From NCBI GenBank assembly GCA_964016885.1, contig OZ024753.1, positions 15,934,001 to 15,998,000 of the forward strand: a stretch of DNA of 64,000 nt. The letters run 5' to 3'. This stretch comes from Eledone cirrhosa. Taxonomy: Eukaryota. This document shows positions 1 through 12,190 of the stretch, one piece after another. The translations under genes and the position numbers were made by a program. The notes below the pieces were generated by a model that had not been told where the DNA came from, made no database searches, and saw only the letters and a program-made list of their open reading frames with translations. Position 1 is the first letter of the stretch, and each line of letters starts with the position of its first letter.

Positions 1-227
1 GAAAGTCTGAAATTTCCTTATTTGTCCTCCCGGCGCGGATTCCAAGAAGAATTCTGTGTCTCTTCCACAAATTTGGAGGTTCAAAATTATTCATAATCAA
101 TTATTCTGAAAATAAATAATGGAAATATAGTCACTGTTTTTATGAAGACAAGAGTGACAACAGAAGTTAAAAAAATTTGCATAAAATTAGCAGTTGAAAA
201 TTGCGAACCAATATCGTCCACACCATA
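1..227 (-). mobile_element. Left end of a Tc1/mariner-superfamily DNA transposon; transposase N-terminus runs off the window
   Basis: Manual minus-strand translation from ATG at 94 gives MNNFEPPNLWKRHRILLGIRAGRTNKEISDF, an HTH-like transposase start. A terminus-like sequence (TA-TGGTGTGGACGATATTGGTTCGCAATTTT on minus) abuts a (TA)n tract near 227. Confidence 0.6.
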
Positions 228-304
228 CATATATATAGTGTGAAAGTAGTTCAGTGAAATATTGGTGTTGATACCAGATCAACTTCCTCGTTTTTTCTAT
301 TATA

Positions 305-335
<31 letters not shown>

Positions 336-336
<1 letters not shown>

Positions 337-935
337 CTGTATATATATAAAAATGTAGTTTTCTCTATGTGTGTGTGTGTGTGGACAATTTTTAATGAGG
401 GCTCATTCTAAACCATTCATGCGATTTCTTTGAAATTTTTTACATAGCTTTTCCTTGTACAAAACCTGTACATTATCTACAAAGGCTTTCAAAGATCGAT
501 ATTGGGGCCTTTGGAGACATTAAAAAAGTTTCGTTTTTTTTGTGTTAATTTTCGTGATTAAGTAAGACAAGAGTTATCTTTCGTCAATACAATAGGAACT
601 CATTTTTTATGTTGTCAAAAATTTTGTTTTGGGGATTTTGATTATTATAATTCGGCTCATTTGGATTTTACTTTACTCTTTGTACTTGAAACAAAAGGTA
701 CGCTTCCTTGAGACTGTTGTCAAAAAAATTTATACCTAGACTGGATTTCTGTCGTTACATGGGATAACGGATGACACCGAGCTCACATATTAATTATTTC
801 GCTGGAATAATGCCTAAGGTTTTCATTTTTACATAAAGTACACTTTTCTTCTATGTATTCAAATTTACTTTGTTTAGTTTAATGAGCTACATCAAAAGCT
901 ACTTGAACCATCCAAAGGACGGATACTTTAGCTAG
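336..935 (+). mobile_element. Non-autonomous Helitron-like element
   Basis: A|TC 5' start followed by TATATATAAAA and a (GT)n tract. The 3' end has the hairpin ATCC-AAAGGAC-GGAT and then CTAG|T at 932-936. Confidence 0.65.
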
Positions 936-1297
936 TGTATATATATATATATATTATATTCATCTCAGTTTACTGAAAATATTCTGTACATCAGTAATTT
1001 TATGTCTTCTCTAAAAAAGCAATAATTCTCAAAGCTCCTTCACCCTTTTTTTGCCACATTTCTAATGAAAGAAACTGCCTATAATTCTCAAATAATTTTG
1101 AATTTAAATAAAGTATCAAGCTGTTGCTTGGAACATAACAAAGCTTAGATAGAAAAACTGATGGAAGATTTTGAAATAAATATAATATCTTTAACCTTTT
1201 TGCTATCATATTTATGATATATTTATAATATTTTTATCAGTTTGAAAATAATCAAGAATTTGGAGGGATTTAGTAAAATAACTAACTTTCATTACTA

Positions 1298-1725
1298 AGA
1301 TGGCATTGGCAGAATCGGTAGAGCATCGGACACCATGTCTTACAGCTTTTACATTCTGAGTTCAAATCCTGCCAAGGTTAGCTTTGTCTTCCCTCCTTAC
1401 AGGTTCAATAAAATAAAGTACCAGTAACACACTGGGGTTGATTTAGTCAATTTTCCCCTTCCCCCAAAGATTATTTACCTTGTGCCTAAATCAGAAACCA
1501 TTTACCGATTCTGTCAATTCATAGCTTAATAAAGCTATGAGTTGACCGAATCGGTAGAGGTTCGGACGCCATGTTTTACAGCATAGAGTTACGACCCTTT
1601 ACGGTGTGATTTGAAATCCAGCTGAGGTAACTTTGTCTTTCGTCCTTGCGAGATCAATAAAATAAAGCACCAGTAATGTACTGGGATAATTGCTGGCCTT
1701 GAGCCAAAAGTAGAAACAATTATTC
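1298..1725 (+). mobile_element. Two tandem tRNA-derived SINEs of family A (Deu/Nin-like central domain)
   Basis: TGGCAGAATCGGTAGAG...GAGTTCAAATCC head, GCCTTTCATCCTTACGGGGTCGATAAAATAAAGTACCAG-like core, and GTAGAAACAATT tail. Confidence 0.8.
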
Positions 1726-2633
1726 AGCTGGTATTTGGACCATAAGAAAAGATTCTTCCATAAAATTATGATGAAAGTATTTTTAAATAAGTAGAAACAA
1801 TTTAAAATAAACAGCCTAGTATTACTGAAGCAAAGCTGGTTTCAAATCGTTTTGTATCAAAAGAGTTAAACTGCCATATTCTAGAGAATGAGTAAGTCAA
1901 GTGAAAAGTAGTATTTGTGCACTGGAACAAATCGATAACTCTATATATGAAATAATTGCTTTCAAAAAGAAATTGTCACCAATATGGTCTTCTTCAGGAC
2001 AATATTGATTCTAACATAGACATCAAGGCCATAAATTTGGAGGAAAGCTGAATTGTTGGTGGAATAGTTCCACTGACAGTTATTCCATCAAAACAGAGAA
2101 TGATAAAAGTGTCCACTTCATAGCAATAAATTCAGAGAGAAGAAAGAAATATTCTGTGAAATATAAACTTGTGGAAAATAAGATAAATTAGAAACATTGA
2201 TTTTTATTCTTTCATTCTTTTATTGGTTTCTATCAATAGGCTGTGGTCAAGCTGGAGCACTACCAGAGATTTTGATACTAATGACTTTGTTAACAATACT
2301 AAGATGAAAAAAAAACATTCCAGCTTTTGAAAAACATCAGAACTACTAGATTAGAAAATAAAACCAATTAACTAAATATATTTAAGATCATATTAAACAT
2401 GATAGCTTTTATACTTTAAACTTGGGTGTTTATTGGTTTAATCTCTTTTGTTGAACCACTAAGTTGTAGGACATAAACACAGAGGCAAATGTAAACACAC
2501 ATTTATGTGTGTGCGTGTTGTGTGGGAGTAATATCGGAGGGTAACCACAGCTAAAAAGGTTCCCCCTACACTAGTACATTTTCATACAAATGAAACAGTT
2601 CTAGTCATGTAGAGTTCATATATATATATATAT

Positions 2634-2949
2634 GGAGGCACATGGCTTAGTGGTTGTCAGTTCAATTCTCAGACCGGGTGATGTGTTGTTTCCTTGAGCA
2701 AGACACTTTATTTCACATTGCTCCAGTTAACTCAGCTGTAGAAATGAGATGATAGGACAGGGGTCCCTATCATTCCACTGAAAAGTGGTCGTGGAGGTGC
2801 CATGGCAAAAAAGTACCCAGCACTCACTGTAAATGAGGTTGGTATTAGGAAGGGCATCCAGATGTAGAATTCAAGCCAGAATCAGTTCCCATCCCACCCT
2901 TGCAAGCAGGGAAAAGCAGACGTAAAATGATGATGATGATGATGATGAT
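2634..2949 (+). mobile_element. Family B SINE (tRNA head, CORE/V-like block, Meta-like block, (TGA)n tail) with a deletion in the head
   Basis: Matches the copies at 22625, 44310 and 47798. Confidence 0.85.
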
Positions 2950-2959
2950 TACACACACA

Positions 2960-3095
2960 TATAATGGGCTTCCACAGTTTCCCTCTACCAAATGTCAGCA
3001 ACAAGGCATTGGTGAATCCCAGGTTATAGAAGAAGGCACTTGCCTCAGGCACCATCCAGCTGGAGTGAACTCAACACCACATGGTTGTGATGAAA
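2960..3095 (-). mobile_element. CORE-type SINE remnant
   Basis: Plus strand reads GGGCTTCCACAGTTTCCCTCTACCAAAT...GAAGAAGGCACTTGCCTCAGG...GAACTCAACACCACATGGTTG, an antisense SINE head and core. Confidence 0.6.
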
Positions 3096-3405
3096 ACTCA
3101 ATGACAGACATCTCCAACACATGTGTCATCCAGCTGCAATGAACTCAACACCACATGATAGTGATGAAAATTCAATGACAGACATATCCAACATGTGTCG
3201 TCCAGCTGCAATGAACTCAACACCACATGGTAGTGATGAAAACTCAATGACAGACATCTCCAACACGTGTCGTCCAGCTGGAGTGAACTCAACACCACAT
3301 GTGATAGTGATGAAAACTCAATGACAGACATCTCCAACACGTGTCGTCCAGCTGCAATGAACTCAACACCACATGGTTGTCATGAAAACTCAATGGCAGA
3401 CATCC
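3052..3405. repeat. Minisatellite, 72-74-bp unit, about 5 copies
   Basis: TCCAGCTG recurs at 3055, 3129, 3201, 3273 and 3347. Confidence 0.95.
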
Positions 3406-3689
3406 TGTACACAGGTGCATCCCAAGTACATAATCAGAAAAAACATTGTGTAAATATGAAGAGTATGAATCTGTAGCCAACTGAGATTGATTTTATTGAT
3501 TTCATATTGGATTTTAATACTGTATTCTTTTATATTCCTAATTAGCAATTGCATGCAACAGCCCTTCAACAGCTGTCAACTTAGAAGCGATTTCCTAATT
3601 TATAATTTTCCTATTTCTGCAACACAAAAACCTCTTGAATAAAAAAAAATCATATGAAGTAACTCAATTACAATTTCAATATTAATTTT

Positions 3690-4190
3690 TTTCTCTCTCA
3701 CTGATCCACCATTTCAATTTTCTCTCTCAAAATTTCAATTTTTTCTTTCAATTCTCATTGATCCACTGTTTCAATTTGTTCTCACTGATCCACTGTTACA
3801 ATTTATTCTCTCTCAAGATCCACTGTTTCAATTTGTTCTCACTGATCCACTGTTACAATTTATTCTCTCTCAATGATCCACTGTTTCAATTTATTCTCAC
3901 TGATCAACTGTTACAATTTATTCTCTCTCACTGATCCACTGTTTCAATTTGTTCTCTCTCACTGATCCACTCTTTCAATTTATTCTCTCTCACTGATCCA
4001 CTCTTTCAATTTATTCTCTCTCACTGATCCACTCTTTCAATTTATTCTCTCACTGATCCAGTTACAATTCATTCTCTCTCACTGATCCACTCTTTCAATT
4101 TATTCTCTCTCACTGATCCACTCTTTCAATTTATTCTCTCACTGATTCACTGTTTCAATTTTTTTTTCTCGTTGATCAACTGTTCCAATT
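3690..4190. repeat. Minisatellite, about 29-31-bp unit (CTCTCACTGATCCACTGTTTCAATTTATT), about 15 copies
   Basis: Direct tandem repetition. Confidence 0.95.
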
Positions 4191-5189
4191 TTGAGACATT
4201 AATTTTTAAAGTATTGATAAGAAATTTTAATTTCCTTTTTTTCAATAATAACCATTTAGATAGATTTTTAAAGAACTGCTATGTTTATTATTAATTCACT
4301 TTATCATATGGAAATTCCTTGATAAATGCTAATTATTAGATGACAAGATTAAGAAAATTAATAGAAATTGTTTTATCATAAAATAATGAAATTTATATCA
4401 ATTAAATTTTTCGTTTGTTTTATTTCATTTACTCTAAAGTATAAAACTTAATATATTTTTGTAGAAATCTTTGACAAAAAGACAAATAATTTTACAGGAG
4501 TGAAAATGAGATTAGAGTAAGAAAAATAAAACAAAAAAATAACAATTTACACTTTTACTTTAAATTTCATAGTAAGGAGCTCTTTTTCAGAAGAAAAGAA
4601 AATCAGCCTGGTCCAGGCTTAATGAGAAAAAAGTACTACATGAAACATTGATATATATAGTTAAGATTGTTTGGGGAAAGCTGGTAAAATACAACTTAGA
4701 AATACAGGAGTGAAAACTAGAGTAAAGTAAGACAAATAAAACAGCAGTTTATAGTTTTAACTTATACTTCATAATATTTCAGGATTAGAACCACTTTTTC
4801 AAAAGAACAATCTAGTAAATTAAACCTAGATTTAGTATGATGAGAACTAAACAGTATAGGCTATATGAAGCATTGGGAATATGTGATTGTGATTGTTTGG
4901 GGAAAGTCAGTACAATACAAATTACAAGAGTAATTCTTATGGAAGAGGTTTTAATGTAGAATTAGGAAAATTAAAAATTAGGAAATAAGTTGACAGTTAC
5001 TGAAGGGTTTTTGCATGCAATTGCTAATCAGGATATTGGATGAATCCAGTGTTAAAATCCAATACGAAATCAATAAAATGTCAGTTGGCCAGCGAATCAT
5101 ATTCTTTTTACACAATGTTTTTTTTGTTCATTAAATACTTAATATGCACATGTACACAGGATGTTTCTGTGATTAATGAGGTTGCTTCA

Positions 5190-5297
5190 CAACCATGTGG
5201 TATTGAGTTAACCTCCAACCATGTGGTATTGAGTTAACCTCCAACCATGTGGTATTGAGTTAACCTCCAACCATGCGGTATTGAGTTAACCTCCAAT
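5190..5297. repeat. 26-bp tandem repeat, 4 copies (CAACCATGTGGTATTGAGTTAACCTC)
   Basis: Direct tandem repetition. Confidence 0.95.
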
Positions 5298-6021
5298 TAC
5301 AAAATACAAGAGGGAAAACTAAGATGAAGTAAAATGAGGCAAGCAAAACAATAGTTTACATTTTTACATTATATTTCGTGATATTCTGGTATGAAGAACC
5401 CTTTTTCAAAAGAAAGAAAATAGAATGTTGATAATGAGCAGAGTTCTTCTACATGGATATTGGCTTTGTTTGGAAGGGTGGTGATATATACAGACTGATG
5501 TATTCCCAATAGTTGATTTCAAAAGGTTTGCATGATATATCTGATTAAAGTATTTTTATTATTACACAGAAATCAATTAAGAAATTTACATAATTAAAAG
5601 TGTGTGAAGAGACAGAAATAAACATCAACATATAAACTGACAAATATTTTTATATATTTTGGCAACAATATGATGACAAGGTTTCTCTCTTTTTTCTCTC
5701 TATTATTTCTATATATATCTTCAAAAACATTGAAATCTTCCAATTACCATAATTACAATGCATGAGAGTATTGTTTGGCTGTCTCTTAGAAGTAGTTCTT
5801 TTTTATTGGATAAAACTGCAGTAGTAATGGTTTCCAAATTAAGCCAAAAACAGATAATGTACATAATCTATCTAATGAAGTAATCTATATTATAATATCG
5901 CTATAAAATTATGCCTATCTGTCACACAAAATATTAAGAATTTATGAAACACAATTAAAAATGTGACAAAATGAGAGAGACAAATGTTGGATCCTCTGCC
6001 AACACTGATGTTGTCGCTCTT

Positions 6022-6069
<48 letters not shown>

Positions 6070-6435
6070 CTGATTACAGTTATTAGACATAAACAAACAG
6101 AACCTGTTGTTAAGCAAGCTTATATGTAAAGATAATAACATAAACACACACATACATGTTACAAGTTTGATAGCTTAGTGAAGCTATAATTTAAATCATC
6201 TTAGTTTAATGTATCTGGTGTAGATTCTGTATAAAATCTGCAATATTTTACTCCCAGACAATTATATACACTAAATAATGTAATAGACTGTGTCACTTCC
6301 ACAGTGCTATCTTTAAGGTAACCTGTTAGCACTATTATATATGTTTAAGTATGTGTAAGTCTGTCTGTCCATTTAAAACATATCATACTAGTCTCTATTG
6401 TACAAACACTCTCTCTCTGTGTCTCTGTGTGTATT

Positions 6436-6511
<76 letters not shown>

Positions 6512-6594
6512 CTAATATGATGAATATCAGAAACTAAACAGTGAACATCTATACTAGCGTCACCTCTCACGTATCTTCCTCACCCTGTTGTAAT

Positions 6595-6699
6595 TCAAGA
6601 CATGACTAGTTCTACACTGCCACGCAGTGAATTCACTTCCATTGAATCGTTACTTTCTTCCTCTCCATCCCTCCAAGTAGAAGTGCTTTTGTCTGGAAT
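6595..6699 (-). CDS. Possible terminal coding exon of an unidentified host gene
   Basis: Non-repetitive sequence. An acceptor-like TTCCAG is followed by (IP)DKSTSTWRDGEEESNDSMEVNSLRGSVELVMS* and then AT-rich UTR-like sequence. No homology was recognised. Confidence 0.3.
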   Translation of the reverse strand: MPDKSTSTWRDGEEESNDSMEVNSLRGSVELVMS

Positions 6700-6814
6700 C
6701 TTTTGAAGTCATCAGCCAATATAAAGTTAGAAAACATTTAGATATAGCAGAACTAACAACTCCTTTCACATAAATTAATAAAATATTGAACAGAAAGAAG
6801 TTTGTCTTGAGCAG

Positions 6815-7070
6815 AGAGGTCCATCAGGGCATTGCTTATCCTGGTTCCTATCACATGAAGCAACTGAGAGTACAAGACACCCCACTGGATAGGAGACCAG
6901 TCCATCCAACCCCCAGTTGTTGCTGGTACTCATTTTTAGTTGAGTATGCTGGAGCAATGTAAAATTAAATGTTTAGTTCCAGAACACAACACACAACCCA
7001 GTCCAGGAATTAAACCCACAACATTATGATCGTAAGTCCAACACCCTTACCACTAGACTACATGCCTCCA
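6815..7070 (-). mobile_element. tRNA-derived SINE with a V/CORE-like block and a different tail (older subfamily)
   Basis: GGAGGCATGTAGTCTAGTGGTAAG head and TTTACATTGCTCCAG core on minus. A related piece lies at 39125-39340. Confidence 0.7.
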
Positions 7071-7295
7071 CAGAATTGACTATATCTAAGAAAATAAACC
7101 TTCAATTTCTTTAACTTTCAAAACTGGAGGAAATTATCCAATATACCCATTGGAATGTGTGTGCCTGTGAGGTGTGTGTATATATATATAAATATATATA
7201 GATTTATATATATATATAGATTTATATATAGCTATATATATATAGAGAGATTTATATATATATATATAGATTTATATATATAGATTTATATATAT

Positions 7296-7372
<77 letters not shown>

Positions 7373-7408
7373 TTGCATAACTATTAAGCTCTGTAATCTA
7401 ATTACTTC

Positions 7409-7492
<84 letters not shown>

Positions 7493-7522
7493 TACATAAC
7501 AATTAAGCTCTGTAACCTAATT

Positions 7523-7565
<43 letters not shown>

Positions 7566-7673
7566 TTATATATATAAATGAAGTAATTCTGTCGGAAAGG
7601 TCCAGGAAAAAAGAGTGCTCTATGTAGGTTCAGAGCTTAATAGTTATGTAATAAACAACATAAGGTAATTATT

Positions 7674-7730
7674 TCATTTACCAGTGGTTTCTTGAAAGCA
7701 AACAAATTTTGCTTTCAATCATCAGAATGA
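7674..7730 (-). ncRNA. Mirror-image hammerhead motif in the left palindrome arm
   Basis: Exact reverse complement of 7799-7855. Confidence 0.75.
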
Positions 7731-7798
7731 CAAAATCCTGGTGTATTTATTGACATTGGATTTTAAAATCCAATGTCAATAAATACACCAGGATTTTG

Positions 7799-7855
7799 TC
7801 ATTCTGATGATTGAAAGCAAAATTTGTTTGCTTTCAAGAAACCACTGGTAAATGA
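7799..7855 (+). ncRNA. Minimal type I hammerhead ribozyme motif (Penelope-type)
   Basis: Stem I UCAUU/AAUGA, CUGAUGA, 11-bp stem II UUGAAAGCAAA/UUUGCUUUCAA, GAAA, short stem III CC-ACU-GG, and a GUA cleavage triplet ending at 7850. Confidence 0.75.
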
Positions 7856-8067
7856 AATAATTACCTTATGTTGTTTATTACATAACTATATATATATATA
7901 TATAAATAAAATATAGAGTTATTAACTCATATTGATACCCTGCAATTAACAAGCTCAAAGTATAAATACTGAGCATTATATTATTAATATATGTAGAAAT
8001 AAACACAGTAAATTCTGCGTCTAAAATTACGAGGGTAGATTATACCACAAATGTTTTATATATTTAA

Positions 8068-9572
8068 ACTGAAGCGACGGTTTCTTCGTCTCGCACGCAC
8101 CTCGGACAGATCTTTTTTGCAGGGTCCCTGCTCGGGCGCCCATGTCTGTAGAGCTTGTCTCGAACTGGTAGGGCTCCTCGGTAGCACTGCCAGGCCAGGG
8201 ACTTTTGGAAGTTGTCCATCGGTCCTGGGCGGAAGGTCCTACCGAACAGACTGGCCAGTTCATCTTCCTCTACGCCTAGAGTTTCACTGAGCACATCGTC
8301 GCACTTGCTGCGGATCAACCCTCTATAGAATGATGAAGTGGAGTCTCCACTGATCGCCGGGTCCACCTGCCAGAGGGCTGTGAGCGCCTGAGCACATTCG
8401 ATGTGCCAGTCGCCCATTTTCCTCGGTCTTTGCTTGATCCAGGACTGCAGCTCGGTCAGCGAGACGAGTCGTGGGAAGGCTCACCTCACGAATGGGGCCC
8501 ACACTGGTTGTCCGGTGAGGAATACGTAGAGATGCCGCAGCCTGAGCGCGTGTTTGCGCATCGTCAACCACGGTATTCCAAGCTCTCCGTTAGAAGGGTG
8601 TTGGCAGCAGATGGATCTTCTCACCAAAGGAGCCCGCCTCTTCCAAAGGAATTGGAAGAGCGCACACTCCATTTTGGCGAGCGTTTTGGCTGGACAAGGC
8701 ACAACGGTCAAGCGGTAGTAGATGGCGGACGCTATAAAAGTGTTTGCCACCTCCGCTCGACCTTCCAAGGATAGTTTGCACTCGGCCCACTTCTGGGTGA
8801 GTGCAAACACCTTGGCCGTCACTTCGTTCCAGTTCTTCTCCACTTGAAGGTCCGGACCAAACTAGACCCCGAGCAGCTTTACCGGTCCTTCCGTCCAGCG
8901 TCCGACGACGCCATCAGAAGGCATCGGTTTGCCTCTCCACGATCCGAGTTGCAAACCGATGGACTTGTCCCGGTTCAGCTTCGCTCCTGTGAAACTTTTG
9001 TATTCCTTCAGTAAGGTGCCGACTTCCTCGATTTGCGAGGCGCTCGACACCATTACTGTCACGTCGTTGGCGTAGGCCGACGCCGCTTTCTGCAGTCTCG
9101 GTTTCAGAGGGATGCCCTGCAATAGCTCCAACTTCTGCAGTAGTGGCTCGAGAGTCAGTACGTACAGAAGGGAGGAGAGAGGGCATCCCTGTCGAAAGGA
9201 TCGCGTAATATGGAACGGCTCCGAGAGGTAGCCGTTCACTTTGACCCTTGAGCAGATGTTGCTGTTGTGCATTGCAGCAATCCAGCCCCTGAACACGGGT
9301 CCGAAGCCTGCCGCCTCCAGCACCGCATCCAGGTAACGATGGTCAACCCTATCGAAAGCCTTAGACTGATCCAAGTTGATCAGGGCCCCACTGAAGCTGG
9401 GTTTACACCCTACCCTCTCTATGATGTATCGCATGAGGTGGAGGTTGTCGCGTATGGACCTGGTCGGGATTGCGCATGTCTGCGCTTCTCCCACCAGGTT
9501 CTCGACGACAAGCGCCAGCCTCTTTGCCAACACCTTGGCCAAAATCTGTAACTCTGTGTTTAGCAGAGTTAT
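8068..9572 (-). mobile_element. L1/Tx1-clade LINE ORF2 fragment (reverse transcriptase plus C-terminal zinc knuckle), disrupted
   Basis: Motifs ITLLNTELQILAKVLAKRL, DQSKAFDRVDH, RQGCPLS, AYAND (YADD-like), VKLLGV and CPRC...ETV are split over three ORFs by stops and frameshifts. Confidence 0.92.
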
Positions 9573-9744
9573 AGATAGATAGATAGATATGTTTCTTTTA
9601 TTTGCCACCAGGGCATCAAAAGTGGGACAAGTACAAAGGGGGGAGTTTACAATAGATAGATAGATAGATATAGATATATATAGAGATCTATATCTATATA
9701 TATATATATATATATATATAAATATATATATCATTATACTTGGG

Positions 9745-10657
9745 GAGGGTCATATTATTGTAATAATATTGCCAGAAATAATAGCAGAACACACTCACTG
9801 TTTGGTTGGTTTTCGCTTCTGTAACTTTTATATCTCCATAGTTAATTTATTTGGCAATCAACATTTATCATTGATTAACCAACGGTTCAAAATACTGATA
9901 TAAATATATATATATATAAATATATATATAGTCTATCAAAGCTCTTTTGTTGCATATCTGCAACATCATAAGTGGTACTATTTTTAGGTTCCCTCCTATT
10001 GTATTGTAATGTCTACGCCATTTTTAATTTATTTATTTATTTATTTATATTTTCCTTAAGTCAGTATTGTTTGTTTGGGTGTTGTTGTTGTTGTTATTCC
10101 ATTCATTTTTTCTGTTTAGCTCTGGTCTTCTAAGCTCTATTTCACTTGCCTCTCTGATTTGCCTACCTGTTGAGTCATTTCTAGGTTTAGATATTATTTT
10201 AATTTCTATGTTGTCTATGTTACCGTCATGTTGTTGTCTGGCGTGTTTGTATAGTACTGAACCGTTTTTCTTTTCCTTTTAGTTCCACCTAGTGTTGGTC
10301 TATTCTTTCTCCTATACTTCGAGCTGTCTTGCCTATGTATGTTGTTGTCATGTTTCTGCAAGTACCCTCTGTACATCTTATACTATAGACTACATTTCTA
10401 GTTTTACAGTTTATCTGGGGTTCATTTTACATATAACACATTTCTTATTAGTACAGTGGGTTTTCTTAAAGGGGTATGTTTTGCTGATCAGGGATTTTAT
10501 GGTAGTTCCTGGCTTTTCTACCACTTTAATCTTATATATATATAAGGACCAAAATTAAATTAACCGATATAAAAGACACAGAAGCGAAAACCAACCAAAC
10601 AGTGAGTGTGTTCTGTTATTAATTCTGGCAATATTATTACATAAATATGACCCTCCT
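9745..10657. repeat. About 110-bp inverted repeat pair (9745-9855 and 10546-10657); third copy at about 21990-22145
   Basis: GCCAGAAATAATAGCAGAACACACTCACTGTTTTGGTTGGTTTTCGCTTCTG and its reverse complement. Confidence 0.85.
10070..10530 (-). mobile_element. Penelope-like element remnant: Cys-rich linker plus GIY-YIG endonuclease
   Basis: Manual translation gives IKVVEKPGTTIKSLISKTYPF..CTNKKCVIC / CKTRNVVYSIRC..C..TYIGKTARSIGERIDQH* / SVLYKH...RQIREASEIELRRPELNRKNEW. Confidence 0.85.
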
Positions 10658-10681
10658 CTCTCTCTCTCTCTCTCTCTCTCT

Positions 10682-10722
<41 letters not shown>

Positions 10723-10729
10723 GACAGAG

Positions 10730-12190
10730 AGAGGACGGAGACATCATTATGCTAGCAGGGGACTTCAATGGCTATGTTGGACAGCTCCAGGATGGATACA
10801 CTGGGGTACATGGTGGGCACGGTTACGGCTCAAGAAATGAAGAAGGAGTGAGGCTTCTTGAAGTTTGTGATGCAAGTGCACTAACCATTTGCAACACTAA
10901 CTTCAAGAAGCCTACCAACCACCTAATAACCTACAAATCAGGTGAGCACATAAGCCAGATTGACTTCTTGCTAGTTAGATAGCAAGACAGACAGATGGTG
11001 TCAAATACTAAGGCATACCCCGGGGAATAATGTACCACACAGCATAGGTTAGTCGTTAGTGACATCTCAGTTAGCAAGAAACAGAATGAGACATACAAGA
11101 AGGTGTTGAAAAGAAAGCTCTGGAAGCTAAAAGACCTTTCACTAAAATATAAATTTAGGAAATCCCTTCAAGATGTGTATGACAAAAAAGAGGACAATTT
11201 AGAGTCGTATAACATCATCATCATCATCATTTGACGTCCGCTTTTCCCTGCTTGCAAGGGTGGGACGGGAACTGATTCTGGCTTGATTTCTACAGCTGGA
11301 TGCACTTCCTAACACCAACCTAATTTACAGTGAGTGCTGGGTGCTTTTTTGCCGTGGCACCTCCACGACCACTTTGTTGTCCTATCATCTCATTTCTACA
11401 GCTGAGTAAACTGGAGCAATGTGAAATAAAGTGTCTTGCTCAAGGAAACAACACATCACCCGGTCTGATAATTGAACTCACAACCTTTCGATTGCAAGGC
11501 CAATGCTCTAACCACTAAGCCATGTGCCTCCACCTAGATGATAACTGGAATTTCTTACGTGACAACTTACTGGAAGCTACTGAAGAAACTTGTGGCTGGA
11601 GCAGAGCTCCAACCAGACAGAGAGTGACCTGGTGGTGGAACAGCACGGTAGATAGGGCCATTAGAGACAAAAGACTAACATGGAACGCTTGGGAAAATGG
11701 TGGGAGTAGAGAAGGATACACAGCCACTAAAAGAGAAGCTAGACATCAGGTATACTTAGCACGCAGGGAGGCTGAGATTAGGAGGTCTGCCAATGATCTG
11801 TGACTGGAAGATCAGGGACGTGCAGTGTTCCGCATTGTAAGGCAGTATGTCAGTGTAAATCAGGATGTTGTTGGAGATAAGTGTGTCCGGAATGATGTTT
11901 GTGTACTTAGTGTCACGAATGATCAGAAAAAGGAGGCCTGGAAATGTCATTATGAGAGACTGATGAATGTGAGAACAAATGGGAGAGAGAAAAATTACCC
12001 CCAGTAGACCCGACAGAAGGACCAGCTACTGAGATTGACGAATATAGAGTCCAAGAGGCGATTAAGGAAATGAAAAATGGTAAGGCCACTGGACTGTCGG
12101 GGATAGTTGCTGAGATGCTGAAGGCATCAGGAGAAGTAGGTACTAAACTGGTTGCACGCATCATCAATCAAGCTATATATGGTGGTGTCA
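10730..12190 (+). mobile_element. RTE-like LINE fragment (APE endonuclease to pre-RT region), interrupted by a SINE
   Basis: MLAGDFNGYVG, GSRNEEG, SQIDFLLVR, QHRLVVSD, TWWWN, EAWKCHYERLMN and KNGKATGLSGIVAEMLK, with stops. Confidence 0.9.
11213..11531 (-). mobile_element. Family B SINE inserted in the RTE fragment
   Basis: Full antisense copy; the LINE frame (ESYN|LDDNWN) resumes after it. Confidence 0.88.

Larger units (their letters stand above)
7640..7889. repeat. Perfect spacerless 250-bp palindrome
   Basis: The 125-bp arms are exact reverse complements, centred on TTTT|AAAA at 7764/7765. Confidence 0.97.

Noticed and set aside
3085-3400. C/D-box snoRNA array (GTGATGA in the units)
   Set aside because: There is no CTGA D box or terminal stem, and it is a SINE-derived tandem repeat.
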